Shown here piece by piece: positions 1-8,463 of a stretch of DNA of 29,832 nt. Source of the DNA: a virus (lineage: Duplodnaviria; Caudoviricetes). The notes under the pieces were generated by a model. It worked only from the letters and a program-made list of their open reading frames with translations, had not been told where the DNA came from and did not search any database. Every line of letters begins with the position of its first letter. Position 1 is the first letter of the stretch. A program made the translations under genes and the position numbers. The stretch covers positions 1 to 29,832 of the IMG/VR virus record IMGVR_UViG_3300042940_001590; one strand, written 5' to 3'.

Positions 1-549
1 TTCTTCCATCCACATGGCTTTGTTCGATCCAACCAAAGAAGCAACGGAAACACCACCACTTAGGTATTTAGTGATTCGTTTACGAAGGGTTGAAATGATG
101 CCTGTATTTCGGGTAATTGAAATTTGACTTTCAGAACCAACAGCCTCAACGGTTGTGTCTAATCCCATTGTTACAGCGGCCTTAATTTCAAAGTTTACTG
201 GCTCTGTTTGTCGACCACCTGAAACAATTGCCTTGTACTGCTCGTTGTTGTCTAGAGCCTCTTTCACTGAGTCGATGATTGATTTACCTGTTTCAACATC
301 TTTCGGTCGCTCAGTAAATTGCTTCATTCGCATTCCGAACACTTCAAGCTCTGCAGTAGCTTTATCCAATTTGCTTTGAAGTGCCTCAACATCTTCTTTT
401 GAGGCGTTGTTTTTTTGCGCTTCTTCGATAGCAGTTTGAATTTCAGCCTTACGGGCTTCGGTGTCGTGTACTCTTTTGGCGGTCAAGTATTCGGCTTGTT
501 CTTTAGTCGACAATGCCTCAAACTCTTCCATTGTTTTTTCCTCAAACAT
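1..549 (-). CDS. Major capsid protein, HK97 fold (N-terminal 183 codons; runs off the window edge)
   Basis: Not in the ORF track. Open frame from ATG 549 to base 1: MFEEKTMEEFEALSTKEQAEYLTAKR...NFEIKAAVTMGLDTT...MWMEE. It has a coiled-coil delta-like N-terminus, a plausible K123/A124 maturation site, and lies directly downstream of the protease. Confidence 0.85.
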   Translation of the reverse strand, partial: MFEEKTMEEFEALSTKEQAEYLTAKRVHDTEARKAEIQTAIEEAQKNNASKEDVEALQSKLDKATAELEVFGMRMKQFTERPKDVETGKSIIDSVKEALDNNEQYKAIVSGGRQTEPVNFEIKAAVTMGLDTTVEAVGSESQISITRNTGIISTLRKRITKYLSGGVSVASLVGSNKAMWMEE

Positions 550-560
550 TTTGTTTTGTT

Positions 561-1382
561 TTAGAGTGTTAATAAATGAATTGCTTTCTTTCTAGAAGTG
601 ACTTTGTCGGCTTCTGCTTTTTGAGTGACCGAAGTCGGCTCAATATTTTTATTCGCCTTGAATCGGCTGTTTAATTCTTTGATAGAAATGTTTTCGACTT
701 TAACAGTTAGTTTATCGCTAATGCTATCCGCTATCACCTTGTCAAATTCCATTTCATGCTCTTGTAGGAAAAGATCAAAGTTATTATCAGTGATCGTTTT
801 ATTCCAACATTTAGGAATATGGCAATCCATGTGTGTATCGATAATGCCACAAACATTTATAATTGCCTTCACAAGTAAAGTATTGTCATCAATTACAGAA
901 ACTGAAAGAGTCGGAGTAAGAAAGTTAGACCCTTGAACTACCGCAGAACCTTCAATGTTTTTACACTCAATTACGGCATAGAACCAATCACGGCTATTAG
1001 CAACTTCTTTATTGATGACAAATGGGTAGTGTTTATCCCACATTTCCTTGTGAATTGATTCACTAGGATCATCGCTATTAACACAAAGAACGTACTTGAT
1101 ATAACGCATGCCAACGGAGTGGTTCAATACACGACCTGCTTTGTATTGGTTAAACATGAACTCGTTTCGATCCTTCTTTACCTCTGCTTCATATATCAAA
1201 CACTCTAGTTTAATATTATAATCTTGAATCATGCCTTTTTGAGCATCGAAACCTTCAATTTTGGTAGTAGAATAGTCAGCATGTTTAATTGAGTTTTTAC
1301 GCTCTAAAACAATCAAATCGTTGTTTTTAATAACCCAATCAATACCTTCTCTTTTGGTTTTAAATTCAGGGATTTCGATCAT
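561..1382 (-). CDS. Prohead maturation protease (HK97 gp4/S78-like), circularly permuted motif order
   Basis: Motifs NHSVGM (S89), EGSAVVQGSN (E144), DTHMDCHIPKCW and FLQEH (H209); position just upstream of the capsid gene. Confidence 0.8.
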   Translation of the reverse strand: MIEIPEFKTKREGIDWVIKNNDLIVLERKNSIKHADYSTTKIEGFDAQKGMIQDYNIKLECLIYEAEVKKDRNEFMFNQYKAGRVLNHSVGMRYIKYVLCVNSDDPSESIHKEMWDKHYPFVINKEVANSRDWFYAVIECKNIEGSAVVQGSNFLTPTLSVSVIDDNTLLVKAIINVCGIIDTHMDCHIPKCWNKTITDNNFDLFLQEHEMEFDKVIADSISDKLTVKVENISIKELNSRFKANKNIEPTSVTQKAEADKVTSRKKAIHLLTL

Positions 1383-1489
1383 TTCTTCACGATTTTATTA
1401 GACTTAACAACCTTTTCACGATCTTTTTTAATCGTTTCAATGTCAACTTTCGGCTTCGTAGTATCGTCGTTTCTATTTAACATAATCAT
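1379..1489 (-). CDS. Small basic protein upstream of the protease (start at 1489 or 1483)
   Basis: MIMLNRNDDTTKPKVDIETIKKDREKVVKSNKIVKK. Its stop overlaps the protease ATG (ATGA). Start moved downstream of the -7 element at 1499-1506. Confidence 0.55.
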   Translation of the reverse strand: MIMLNRNDDTTKPKVDIETIKKDREKVVKSNKIVKK

Positions 1490-1542
1490 GAATTTAGGCA
1501 AATGTATGTAAATTTCAATACATTTGTTCTGTTTAACATAAT
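1470..1542. repeat. Two copies of TTCTRTTTAACATAAT containing an XerD-arm-like sequence
   Basis: Copies at 1470-1486 and 1527-1542. The reverse complement of 1475-1485 is TTATGTTAAAT, the XerD arm of dif. A third copy lies at 27562-27578. Confidence 0.65.
1499..1526. promoter_or_regulatory. Back-to-back divergent -7 promoter elements (TACATTTG on each strand)
   Basis: caaatgta at 1499-1506 (minus, towards protease/capsid) and tacatttg at 1519-1526 (plus, towards portal). Both match the Bacteroidota TAnnTTTG consensus. Confidence 0.7.
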
Positions 1543-1552
1543 ATTTTGATTT

Positions 1553-2800
1553 ATGGGTGCTTTTCTCCAACTAGGTAACTTCAAACTCCTTTCATGGGGT
1601 GGTGGAAATGATAGATTTACACGAACTCCTAGTGGTTGGTCAATTGATCCCGATTTCGAATACAATAAGCACTCGGCAACTTGGGAGGTTGTTAGTGGTC
1701 GTGAAATGGAATTGTTTACTACTACGGGTCAACTAAATAAGGTTGTTATGCGTCACGCTTCGATGTTTGCAAATGGTAGGTTTGTACACAAGAAGAAAGA
1801 CGGAACGAAAGAAGGTAAAGTCATCGAGGATAGCCCATTGGTAGAATTGCTTGAAAATCCCAATCCTTTACAATCGGGTGAAGAATGGCTTACTGAAACA
1901 GCAATAAATTACTGGGTTTATGGAAACAACGTGATTCTACCAGTAAAAGGAAGTTCATTGAGTGAATACCCATCAGTAATTAACAACCTACCGTGGAAGC
2001 AAATTAAAATCAAATCAACTGGTAAACGTTGGAAACAAACTAAGATCGATGATATAATTCAGGAATACCGCGTTTGTTATAGCGATGGGGTTGATGATAT
2101 TTACAAGCCTAGCGAAGTATTACACTTCCGTAGATCAGGTGGTAAATCGGCTATAATTGGTGAATCAATGCTAAACGCCTGTCACATGGAAATTAGCAAC
2201 GTTCGCGGTTCTATGGGTTACAGAAACGTGAACATCAATGAAAAGGGCGCACTCGGTATAATGGCTAATAAATCTAGCGATAGTAGCGGTAAACTTCCGT
2301 TATCACAAGAAGATCGTTTGGCACTAGAGAAGCAAACACAAAACGAAACACACGGACAATTCCACGGTCAAAGTAAGGTAAAAGTAGTTGACGGTGATGT
2401 GAACTTTATACACACCTCACTAGGTATCAAAGAAAACATGTTGTTTGAAGAAATTGACGCTGATGTTAAATTGTTCATCGATACCGTGCAATTAAATGAC
2501 AATATTTTCAGTAAGGAAAAATCAAAGATTCAGGCGAACTTATTGGAAGGGCTTAAAATGGCTTATCAAGATGGTATATTTCCGTTTGCGGGTCGTTTCT
2601 GCTCATTGCTTAAACGTGGTTTAGAACTTCCTGCTGATGAATGGATTGAGTTAGACTATTCGCATTTGCCATGCTTCCAAGAAGATCAAAAAGAGAAATC
2701 AGAAGTTGATAAACGAAAAGCTGAAACAGCTAAGATATACGTTGAATTGGGCTATACTAAAGAGCAAGCAAGCGAATTTGTGGGGGTTAAACTCGTTTGA
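1553..2800 (+). CDS. Phage portal protein (HK97-like), inverted relative to its neighbours
   Basis: 415 aa with LLENPNPLQSGEEW..YWVYGN, EVLHFR, IIGES and ELDYSHLPCFQ portal motifs; lies between terL and the protease. Confidence 0.93.
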   Translation: MGAFLQLGNFKLLSWGGGNDRFTRTPSGWSIDPDFEYNKHSATWEVVSGREMELFTTTGQLNKVVMRHASMFANGRFVHKKKDGTKEGKVIEDSPLVELLENPNPLQSGEEWLTETAINYWVYGNNVILPVKGSSLSEYPSVINNLPWKQIKIKSTGKRWKQTKIDDIIQEYRVCYSDGVDDIYKPSEVLHFRRSGGKSAIIGESMLNACHMEISNVRGSMGYRNVNINEKGALGIMANKSSDSSGKLPLSQEDRLALEKQTQNETHGQFHGQSKVKVVDGDVNFIHTSLGIKENMLFEEIDADVKLFIDTVQLNDNIFSKEKSKIQANLLEGLKMAYQDGIFPFAGRFCSLLKRGLELPADEWIELDYSHLPCFQEDQKEKSEVDKRKAETAKIYVELGYTKEQASEFVGVKLV

Positions 2801-4058
2801 GTAATCCAAGCCTAATAAGGTGCTGACAAATATAACGGCTCGGGTCACATAAATGATTATTGGCATCTTCGGGCTCATCTGTAACGACTCCGTATCGATC
2901 AACTATGTAGGAATAGTTTTCGTATTCATTTTCTAAATTAGGTGAATCATCTGTATAGTACACTTCAAGATTCTGCAATATATCCAATCCATCTTTAATA
3001 CTTCCCTGTCCTTTTTGCGCACCGACAGCATAATCCCAACCACAACGACGAAGCATCGATATTTTTAATGGTCGGTTATTATCGCAAACGATCGTCTGTT
3101 TTTTGTTAATGCCTAATTTCGCAAACATCCATGAAACTATTCCAAGGTTTTCGCCTTCCTTTGACTCCTGTTTCTTGAATTCTTGTAGGGTTTCGAGAGG
3201 TAAAGATTTCATTATTTCAACCTCAGATGCGTAATTCATCTCACGTAGATACAACGCACCATCGTAATACTTTGCCCCAAGTATTCCCCAATTGTGATTT
3301 TTCCCCCAATCATTCCCAATATACTCGGTAGAATCCAAATCATCGTACTGTTGTCTCGGAATCTTTTTCCAACCCGATAGAATGCGGTTAGGTTTTTCTG
3401 CTTTTAATCCAAGTCCGTAAACTTGCCACATCCATTCGTTAGCCGTTCCTTGCTCGATGTTGTATGGTGTAGGTTCATATGAAAGTATTTTCAAACGTTG
3501 TTGCTCAGGAACAAACGGATTATCTTTGAATGTTGAGTGAATTACAATAGCGTTATCCTGCTTAGAAAGTTCATCTATCCAATGATTTGATCGTGGATTC
3601 CAATCGATTATAATGTAATCAGTTGTACGCATATCAATTTGATCAAATACCTCTTTAGGCATTTTGTATGGTTCGTTGAAGTGTGCAACATCACCTTGAA
3701 AACCGTGCACTCGGTTAGTATCATCACCTCCGCAAATCTCAACCGTTGATCTATTCGGAAAGGTGTAAATGCTTTCTGTTTTGTTGAATACTATATTTTC
3801 CCACATCGGGAAAGTTGGAAGTGCTTTCTTAAAATCGGATAGCACTGTATTTTTTACATCCTGCTTTGTTTCGCGCCAAATAGATACACGCTGACCATCT
3901 TTGCTAAAGGCAGTCAGGTAATGTGATTGAAGTATGCTATATGTTTTAGAAGAACGAGAAGAACCCGTATTGATTATGTATCGGTATCTCCTACTTCCAT
4001 CTTCATTACGGGCGTTTATCGCTTCCCAATTCTTTTGAAATACAATTGTAGCTTGCAT
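2787..4058 (-). CDS. terL: Terminase large subunit (PBSX/SPP1-like)
   Basis: Walker A variant GSSRSSKT, Walker B-like HFNE, IIDWNP, HSTFKDNPF, nuclease motifs GNDWG and DANNHLCDPSRY. Confidence 0.95.
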   Translation of the reverse strand: MQATIVFQKNWEAINARNEDGSRRYRYIINTGSSRSSKTYSILQSHYLTAFSKDGQRVSIWRETKQDVKNTVLSDFKKALPTFPMWENIVFNKTESIYTFPNRSTVEICGGDDTNRVHGFQGDVAHFNEPYKMPKEVFDQIDMRTTDYIIIDWNPRSNHWIDELSKQDNAIVIHSTFKDNPFVPEQQRLKILSYEPTPYNIEQGTANEWMWQVYGLGLKAEKPNRILSGWKKIPRQQYDDLDSTEYIGNDWGKNHNWGILGAKYYDGALYLREMNYASEVEIMKSLPLETLQEFKKQESKEGENLGIVSWMFAKLGINKKQTIVCDNNRPLKISMLRRCGWDYAVGAQKGQGSIKDGLDILQNLEVYYTDDSPNLENEYENYSYIVDRYGVVTDEPEDANNHLCDPSRYICQHLIRLGLLKRV

Positions 4059-4064
4059 TCACTT

Positions 4065-4487
4065 TTATTCCTCCTTTGGCTTAACTATTTCAACTAAAAT
4101 AGTAGGGTTTAAGCTTGGTAGTTTTTCACCCCCAGTTGTGTGGTCTATTTTTGTTGGTGCGAAAACACCTAAAATTTCAGCTGTTTGTTTTAAAACATTT
4201 CGGCATTCGGCAAAATTTTCAACGTCGTAGTTTTGAGAATACAAATCTTCAAGTCTTGCTATTATGGTTGATTTTATATCTTTTATATCATTTTCAACCA
4301 TTGATTCCCGGATTCTTTCACGAGCATCCGCAATATACCTATCAACGGCTTCTTCACCAACATTAAACGATTCTTTACAAAATTGTATAATTTCAAACCT
4401 TTTTTTAGCAGATAGCAAAAGCCGAAAGACAGCATCTACACGCTCCATTCTTTCGGCTGATGTTATATCTTGAGGTCTTTTACTCAT
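4065..4487 (-). CDS. terS: Probable terminase small subunit
   Basis: 140 aa helical protein with an HTH-like N-terminus and an ILGVFAPTKIDHTTGGEKL tail; immediately upstream of terL. Confidence 0.75.
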   Translation of the reverse strand: MSKRPQDITSAERMERVDAVFRLLLSAKKRFEIIQFCKESFNVGEEAVDRYIADARERIRESMVENDIKDIKSTIIARLEDLYSQNYDVENFAECRNVLKQTAEILGVFAPTKIDHTTGGEKLPSLNPTILVEIVKPKEE

Positions 4488-4490
4488 TTG

Positions 4491-5261
4491 TTAAAATTTC
4501 TTAGAACGGAGCCCCTGCTTCTTGTTGTGAGGTTGCTCTGATTGGGGTTCTTTGCCCCGCTCTAGTTCCTCTCCATTGTTGCAATCTTGATTTCCGTCCT
4601 TTTCCGTCGCTACCACTTGCCATAATCTACTTGATCTTACTGATTTGTTAATAGACTTATATTCATTGATTATCGAATCTTGAATACTTTTATGAAACAA
4701 ATATAGTTCTTTATTGTTTTCTAGACAAATCTGTTCGATATTGCTAGATGATCTTAAATTAGCTGATCCGTGGAAAACATAAAAATCACCGTTATGAGTT
4801 TCAAAAATACAGATTTTGCAATGAGTTGAACAGCTCGATAATTGAAAAGAGTCGTTTTTATCAAGTGCTTTATAGATGTAGGGGATTAACTCATATTTTT
4901 CGTGAGAAAAGAAATAATCGGAAACAATTAAATTAAGTGAATCAACAAAGTTACCTTTTATTAGATTTTGCAAGCTATCAACGTTGTTTTGATTCATTGA
5001 AAGCGTTGAGATAGTCATTTCTTTGACGTGTAGATTTCGATCAACGATAAATGCTTCAATGAAATCGCCAAAATAAAAAGAACCATCAACAATAACGTGA
5101 ACCCTGTCATTTTTTTCAACCGTGATTGCTTTTGATAATTCAGAAGCGTTTTTGTATTTCAAAAAACGCTCGTTAATTTCAGTGCATTTTTTTGGGATGT
5201 GGTATCTTGAAAAATGTTTGTTTCCGAAAATTGATTTTTCTTTATTTAAAGGGCTTGCCAT
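4491..5261 (-). CDS. Phospholipase D-superfamily (HxK...GSxN) protein, putative nuclease
   Basis: THCKICIFE...FHGSANLRSSSNIEQ, a single HKD-type motif. Confidence 0.7.
   Translation of the reverse strand: MASPLNKEKSIFGNKHFSRYHIPKKCTEINERFLKYKNASELSKAITVEKNDRVHVIVDGSFYFGDFIEAFIVDRNLHVKEMTISTLSMNQNNVDSLQNLIKGNFVDSLNLIVSDYFFSHEKYELIPYIYKALDKNDSFQLSSCSTHCKICIFETHNGDFYVFHGSANLRSSSNIEQICLENNKELYLFHKSIQDSIINEYKSINKSVRSSRLWQVVATEKDGNQDCNNGEELERGKEPQSEQPHNKKQGLRSKKF
4501..4623 (-). CDS. Nested 40-aa basic peptide in an alternative frame of the PLD gene 3' end
   Basis: MASGSDGKGRKSRLQQWRGTRAGQRTPIRATSQQEAGAPF. ATG has A at -3, and the ORF ends 13 nt before the terS ATG. Confidence 0.5.
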   Translation of the reverse strand: MASGSDGKGRKSRLQQWRGTRAGQRTPIRATSQQEAGAPF

Positions 5262-5274
5262 TTTAGTTGTTTTA

Positions 5275-5610
5275 TTAAATGTTATTTTGTTCTGCTATTT
5301 CATAAAAAAAATCTAAAAGATATTCAGTTACTTTTTCAAAATCGTAAACTTCATGGTATTGCGCTTGAACCGAACCATTTACATTAACATATTGCCTAGT
5401 ATCAGCTTCGTTACAAAAACAGTTAACTAAAGAAATGTTATTGATTGTTCTGTCGTCATTTCTTTGGTTTCTAGCGTGGTTTTTATTCATTCTAACTTTG
5501 AAATCAATATCCCAAATTTTACCATCGAAATATTCAGTTCCAAAATTATACGCTTCTTCTATTTGAGAAAGAATTTCTTTTGTTTCGATTAATAATTGAG
5601 AAAACTTCAT
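5275..5610 (-). CDS. Hypothetical protein
   Basis: 111-aa ORF with an A-rich leader directly behind a LytTR-box promoter. Confidence 0.75.
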   Translation of the reverse strand: MKFSQLLIETKEILSQIEEAYNFGTEYFDGKIWDIDFKVRMNKNHARNQRNDDRTINNISLVNCFCNEADTRQYVNVNGSVQAQYHEVYDFEKVTEYLLDFFYEIAEQNNI

Positions 5611-5632
5611 ATCTTTTGTTTTTTGTTATACT

Positions 5633-5702
5633 CAAAGATACGAAGCATTCACGCGATTTTAGCGGGTATTGTGTTGAGTGGTTTTATGAAATGATAGGCG
5701 GT
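5633..5702 (-). promoter_or_regulatory. LytTR-box promoter A
   Basis: ACCGCCTATCA (5702) and ACCACTCAACA (5682), 20-bp period; TATCTTTG starts at 5640, 42 bp from the proximal box. Confidence 0.8.
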
Positions 5703-5745
5703 TTTAGTTAAAACTGTTTACCGATCCTCGCTTTTCTAACCATGC

Positions 5746-6111
5746 CTAATTCTTTTTAAGTTCAAAACTTCCCGTAACGTTGTATGGTTGGTTTTGTCCT
5801 ACTTCGTTTGCGTAAACGTATTTTTCGGTGATCAATTCCGCATATTTTCGATAGAATATAAACCCGACATCGTACATTCCAAACCCGTTTGTCGTGCCTG
5901 AAATACGGTAGTTTATTGTTCCATTTTTAAACGTGTGTTCTGTTGTAGATTGGGAAAGAGTGATTTTGTTGTCACCTTGCCAAATTTCAATAAGTTCATC
6001 GCATGGTTGATCGGAAAACTGAATAACACAATCAATATCGTGATTGCCTATTTTTTCTTTGTTACAAGCCGTTAGAGCGAATAACGCTAATGTGTAGATC
6101 AATACTTTCAT
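5746..6111 (-). CDS. Lipoprotein
   Basis: Signal peptide II MKVLIYTLALFALTA-C with lipobox LTAC. Confidence 0.8.
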   Translation of the reverse strand: MKVLIYTLALFALTACNKEKIGNHDIDCVIQFSDQPCDELIEIWQGDNKITLSQSTTEHTFKNGTINYRISGTTNGFGMYDVGFIFYRKYAELITEKYVYANEVGQNQPYNVTGSFELKKN

Positions 6112-6125
6112 GAGTCAAATATACG

Positions 6126-6707
6126 TTAATCTATTGAAACCGCCAACCCTTTACCGATAAGGTCGCGCCAATCGATGAGCCATTGGTTCATGAGGTCGAA
6201 CATATCGGCTTGGAAAGCTATGCCAAGTGGCTTACTTAATGTTTCATCCCGTGTCGCGAACCGTCTTGTCTCAGGATCATAAGTAAACGAATAAACATGA
6301 TGATCGGTACTAACGTATTTAACGATAAAATCGCGCTTATCGGTGTATCTGTATTCCATGTGCACGCATGAAATTATTTTTGATTCGTCGAAATTCAACC
6401 GAATATGTTCATCCGTATGGAACGAATTTGTTTCTTGAAGCCTCAATAACTCCACTATCGGCACAAACTCCTTACCTTGATTATAATTCGGCACTGTGAT
6501 TGGCTTGGTGAGGCAGGAGATGGGACGTAAAGCTAAATTTAATTCACGTATGAAACCGATGTGGGTGTCATTTGATTTAATGGAAATATCGCCTGTTTTA
6601 ATAGTTCTGATTCCGTCGACTGTATAGTAGATTTTCCTATCGCCTACTACCTGTACCCCATACGGTAAATACCCGCACAAAGCCACCTCTAAAAGTTTAT
6701 CTGTCAT
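6126..6707 (-). CDS. Hypothetical phage protein
   Basis: ORF in the track; ATG 6707 preferred (MTDKLLEVALCGYLPYGV...LRPISCLT). Confidence 0.7.
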   Translation of the reverse strand: MTDKLLEVALCGYLPYGVQVVGDRKIYYTVDGIRTIKTGDISIKSNDTHIGFIRELNLALRPISCLTKPITVPNYNQGKEFVPIVELLRLQETNSFHTDEHIRLNFDESKIISCVHMEYRYTDKRDFIVKYVSTDHHVYSFTYDPETRRFATRDETLSKPLGIAFQADMFDLMNQWLIDWRDLIGKGLAVSID

Positions 6708-6777
6708 GGTTTCAAATCCTCCCAATAATTTGTTTGTCTTTCAAAACTATAATGTCGAATTTATTCAATTCCATAAT

Positions 6778-6936
6778 TCACCGTTTATCTAGTTTATTTT
6801 TCTCAATAATACTATGCATTTCAGTACCATCTTCTTTGCATCCAATAGCTTTTAATTTCCAATTTTTACGCTTCAAATTTTCAGAGAACGGCTTGAATTT
6901 GTCGAGTGTTAAATCTATTTGTAAAACTACTATCAT
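6778..6936 (-). CDS. Small hypothetical protein (52 aa)
   Basis: Not in the track: MIVVLQIDLTLDKFKPFSENLKRKNWKLKAIGCKEDG...; ATGA-coupled to the upstream gene. Confidence 0.55.
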   Translation of the reverse strand: MIVVLQIDLTLDKFKPFSENLKRKNWKLKAIGCKEDGTEMHSIIEKNKLDKR

Positions 6937-7259
6937 AACTCCTTAACTTTAACCACCCCCTCCGCGATAAGCATTTCGGGGGTGAAGTGACGGAAGCCAA
7001 CTAGGACTCCGATCTGACGGAGGTAGTCAACTTGCATTCTTTGGTATTCTGACTCATTATCAAAAATATCCATATACTTTAACTCCTCATCCGATAACAT
7101 TTGAACGGTTCGGAGTTCGAGGTAGAGTTTTTCGCAATTATCAATCATATTTGCGTCAACTTTCCAGTTTAAAACAGATACACTTGGATTAAATTTGCAT
7201 ACTTCTTGCCCCCAATACTGCGCGAAAAAACATTCGCGTTCTTCGTTAGTCATTTTCAT
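6933..7259 (-). CDS. Hypothetical phage protein
   Basis: MKMTNEERECFFAQYWGQEV...; ATGA overlap with the upstream stop. Confidence 0.7.
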   Translation of the reverse strand: MKMTNEERECFFAQYWGQEVCKFNPSVSVLNWKVDANMIDNCEKLYLELRTVQMLSDEELKYMDIFDNESEYQRMQVDYLRQIGVLVGFRHFTPEMLIAEGVVKVKEL

Positions 7260-7459
7260 CTTCTTGTGTATTTTGTTTGAGAATTTAAGTATCCGCGCAT
7301 ACGCTTTTGCCACTTGCGTTTCGCCCACTTTTTTGATTTACCTGCCATACCATCGGTTATTATTCCGCTACTCATTTGGTTAATCGGACGGGTAATCATT
7401 GTTAAACAACCTTTTTGGTTGTGGCTTGTTGCCATGTGTTTTCTGCCTTTATTTTTCAT
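7256..7459 (-). CDS. Small basic hypothetical protein
   Basis: MKNKGRKH...KWAKRKWQKRMR; ATGA-coupled on both sides. Confidence 0.6.
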   Translation of the reverse strand: MKNKGRKHMATSHNQKGCLTMITRPINQMSSGIITDGMAGKSKKWAKRKWQKRMRGYLNSQTKYTRR

Positions 7460-7683
7460 GAATCCATCCAATCGTTAATAGCGGTTGATATTTCGTAGTT
7501 ACAATTAGCATCGGTAGCCGTAGCCATCATATCTTGACAGTGCTTCAAAAGAGTTACGTACTTTAGTTTATCCATACGATTACCTAAAACCGACTCCATT
7601 ATTTCAATGCAATCGGACGGCATTAATGATTCGCCAAATTCAATTGCTCTTTTGTTTAATTCTCTTTTTACAGCAGTGTTCAT
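7456..7683 (-). CDS. Hypothetical protein
   Basis: 75-aa ORF, first gene after promoter B. Confidence 0.7.
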   Translation of the reverse strand: MNTAVKRELNKRAIEFGESLMPSDCIEIMESVLGNRMDKLKYVTLLKHCQDMMATATDANCNYEISTAINDWMDS

Positions 7684-7697
7684 ATCTCCGTTTTTTG

Positions 7698-7766
7698 TAA
7701 AGGTACTGCCGAGTTGTGGTTTTAGTAAAGATTTGTGTTGAGTGGTTGGTTAAACTGATGATCGGT
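7698..7766 (-). promoter_or_regulatory. LytTR-box promoter B
   Basis: ACCGATCATCA (7766) and ACCACTCAACA (7746); TACCTTTA starts at 7705 (41 bp). Confidence 0.75.
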
Positions 7767-7974
7767 AAATCATGCATTGTTGCCCGTTGATTGTTTGAAT
7801 ATCGTCGGGGTCTTTCGGTTTGTACTCGATTTTGGCGTTAAGCACTGAGTTGTTTCGATCCGACTTTAGTTTGTATTCTGCGCCCGCTCCGAAATCCCTA
7901 TCGACGAATCGATTTAGAAGGTTTTTAAGGTCGCTATCATTTAGAAATTCAACCTTTATTATCGCTACTTTCAT
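7750..7974 (-). CDS. Hypothetical protein
   Basis: ATG 7974 (MKVAIIKVEF) preferred over the long overlap given in the track. Confidence 0.6.
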   Translation of the reverse strand: MKVAIIKVEFLNDSDLKNLLNRFVDRDFGAGAEYKLKSDRNNSVLNAKIEYKPKDPDDIQTINGQQCMIYRSSV

Positions 7975-8206
7975 CTTCTGTAAAATTAAATTCGAACCAT
8001 TGTCTAAATGCTCGTTGAATATCGATTTGTTGCTCAATAGCGGTGTTATCTGCTCCTGAAAGAATGAAGTTATCAAACGCTCTAATTTGGTTAATGAGTA
8101 GGTTTGCTTTCATTTTAGCCGTTCCAGTTAATTCGGCATCTTCTAAGAAGTCTGCAACTATCGGAGCAAGCGCGACCGATGCTAATAGTTTGGCGTTCGT
8201 TGTCAT
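7949..8206 (-). CDS. Hypothetical protein
   Basis: 85-aa ORF in a tightly packed operon. Confidence 0.7.
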   Translation of the reverse strand: MTTNAKLLASVALAPIVADFLEDAELTGTAKMKANLLINQIRAFDNFILSGADNTAIEQQIDIQRAFRQWFEFNFTEDESSDNKG

Positions 8207-8460
8207 GACGTTAATTTATTAAGTGCTGTTACCAATAAAAATCCTTCGGGTTGGATTTGCTTTACAGCTTTTATAGTAAAGCCTTTAAAATCTATTAGGA
8301 TTTTGATTCGACCATTTGATTGTTCCAATATTTCGAAGTCTTGTTTTTTACATAAATCCATATATTCATTTTCACTTATATCTAGTTGATACCTATACTT
8401 TAAGCGGTCTTGAAAATGATGGAAAAGAGTATTAAAACTTTTGCTGTGAAAACCTTCCAT
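8203..8460 (-). CDS. Hypothetical protein
   Basis: 85-aa ORF with HHFQDRLKYRY motif; ATGA-coupled to the next gene. Confidence 0.65.
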   Translation of the reverse strand: MEGFHSKSFNTLFHHFQDRLKYRYQLDISENEYMDLCKKQDFEILEQSNGRIKILIDFKGFTIKAVKQIQPEGFLLVTALNKLTS

Positions 8461-8463
8461 AAC

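Noticed and set aside
2780-2810. Inverted-repeat partner that would make the portal an actively invertible segment
   Set aside because: No convincing copy of the 1470-1542 motif occurs at the portal 3' end, and the coding overlap with terL argues against switching.
6780-6790. ACCGTTTATC LytTR-like box
   Set aside because: It lies inside a coding region, has no partner at 20 bp and no -7 element 41-42 bp downstream.
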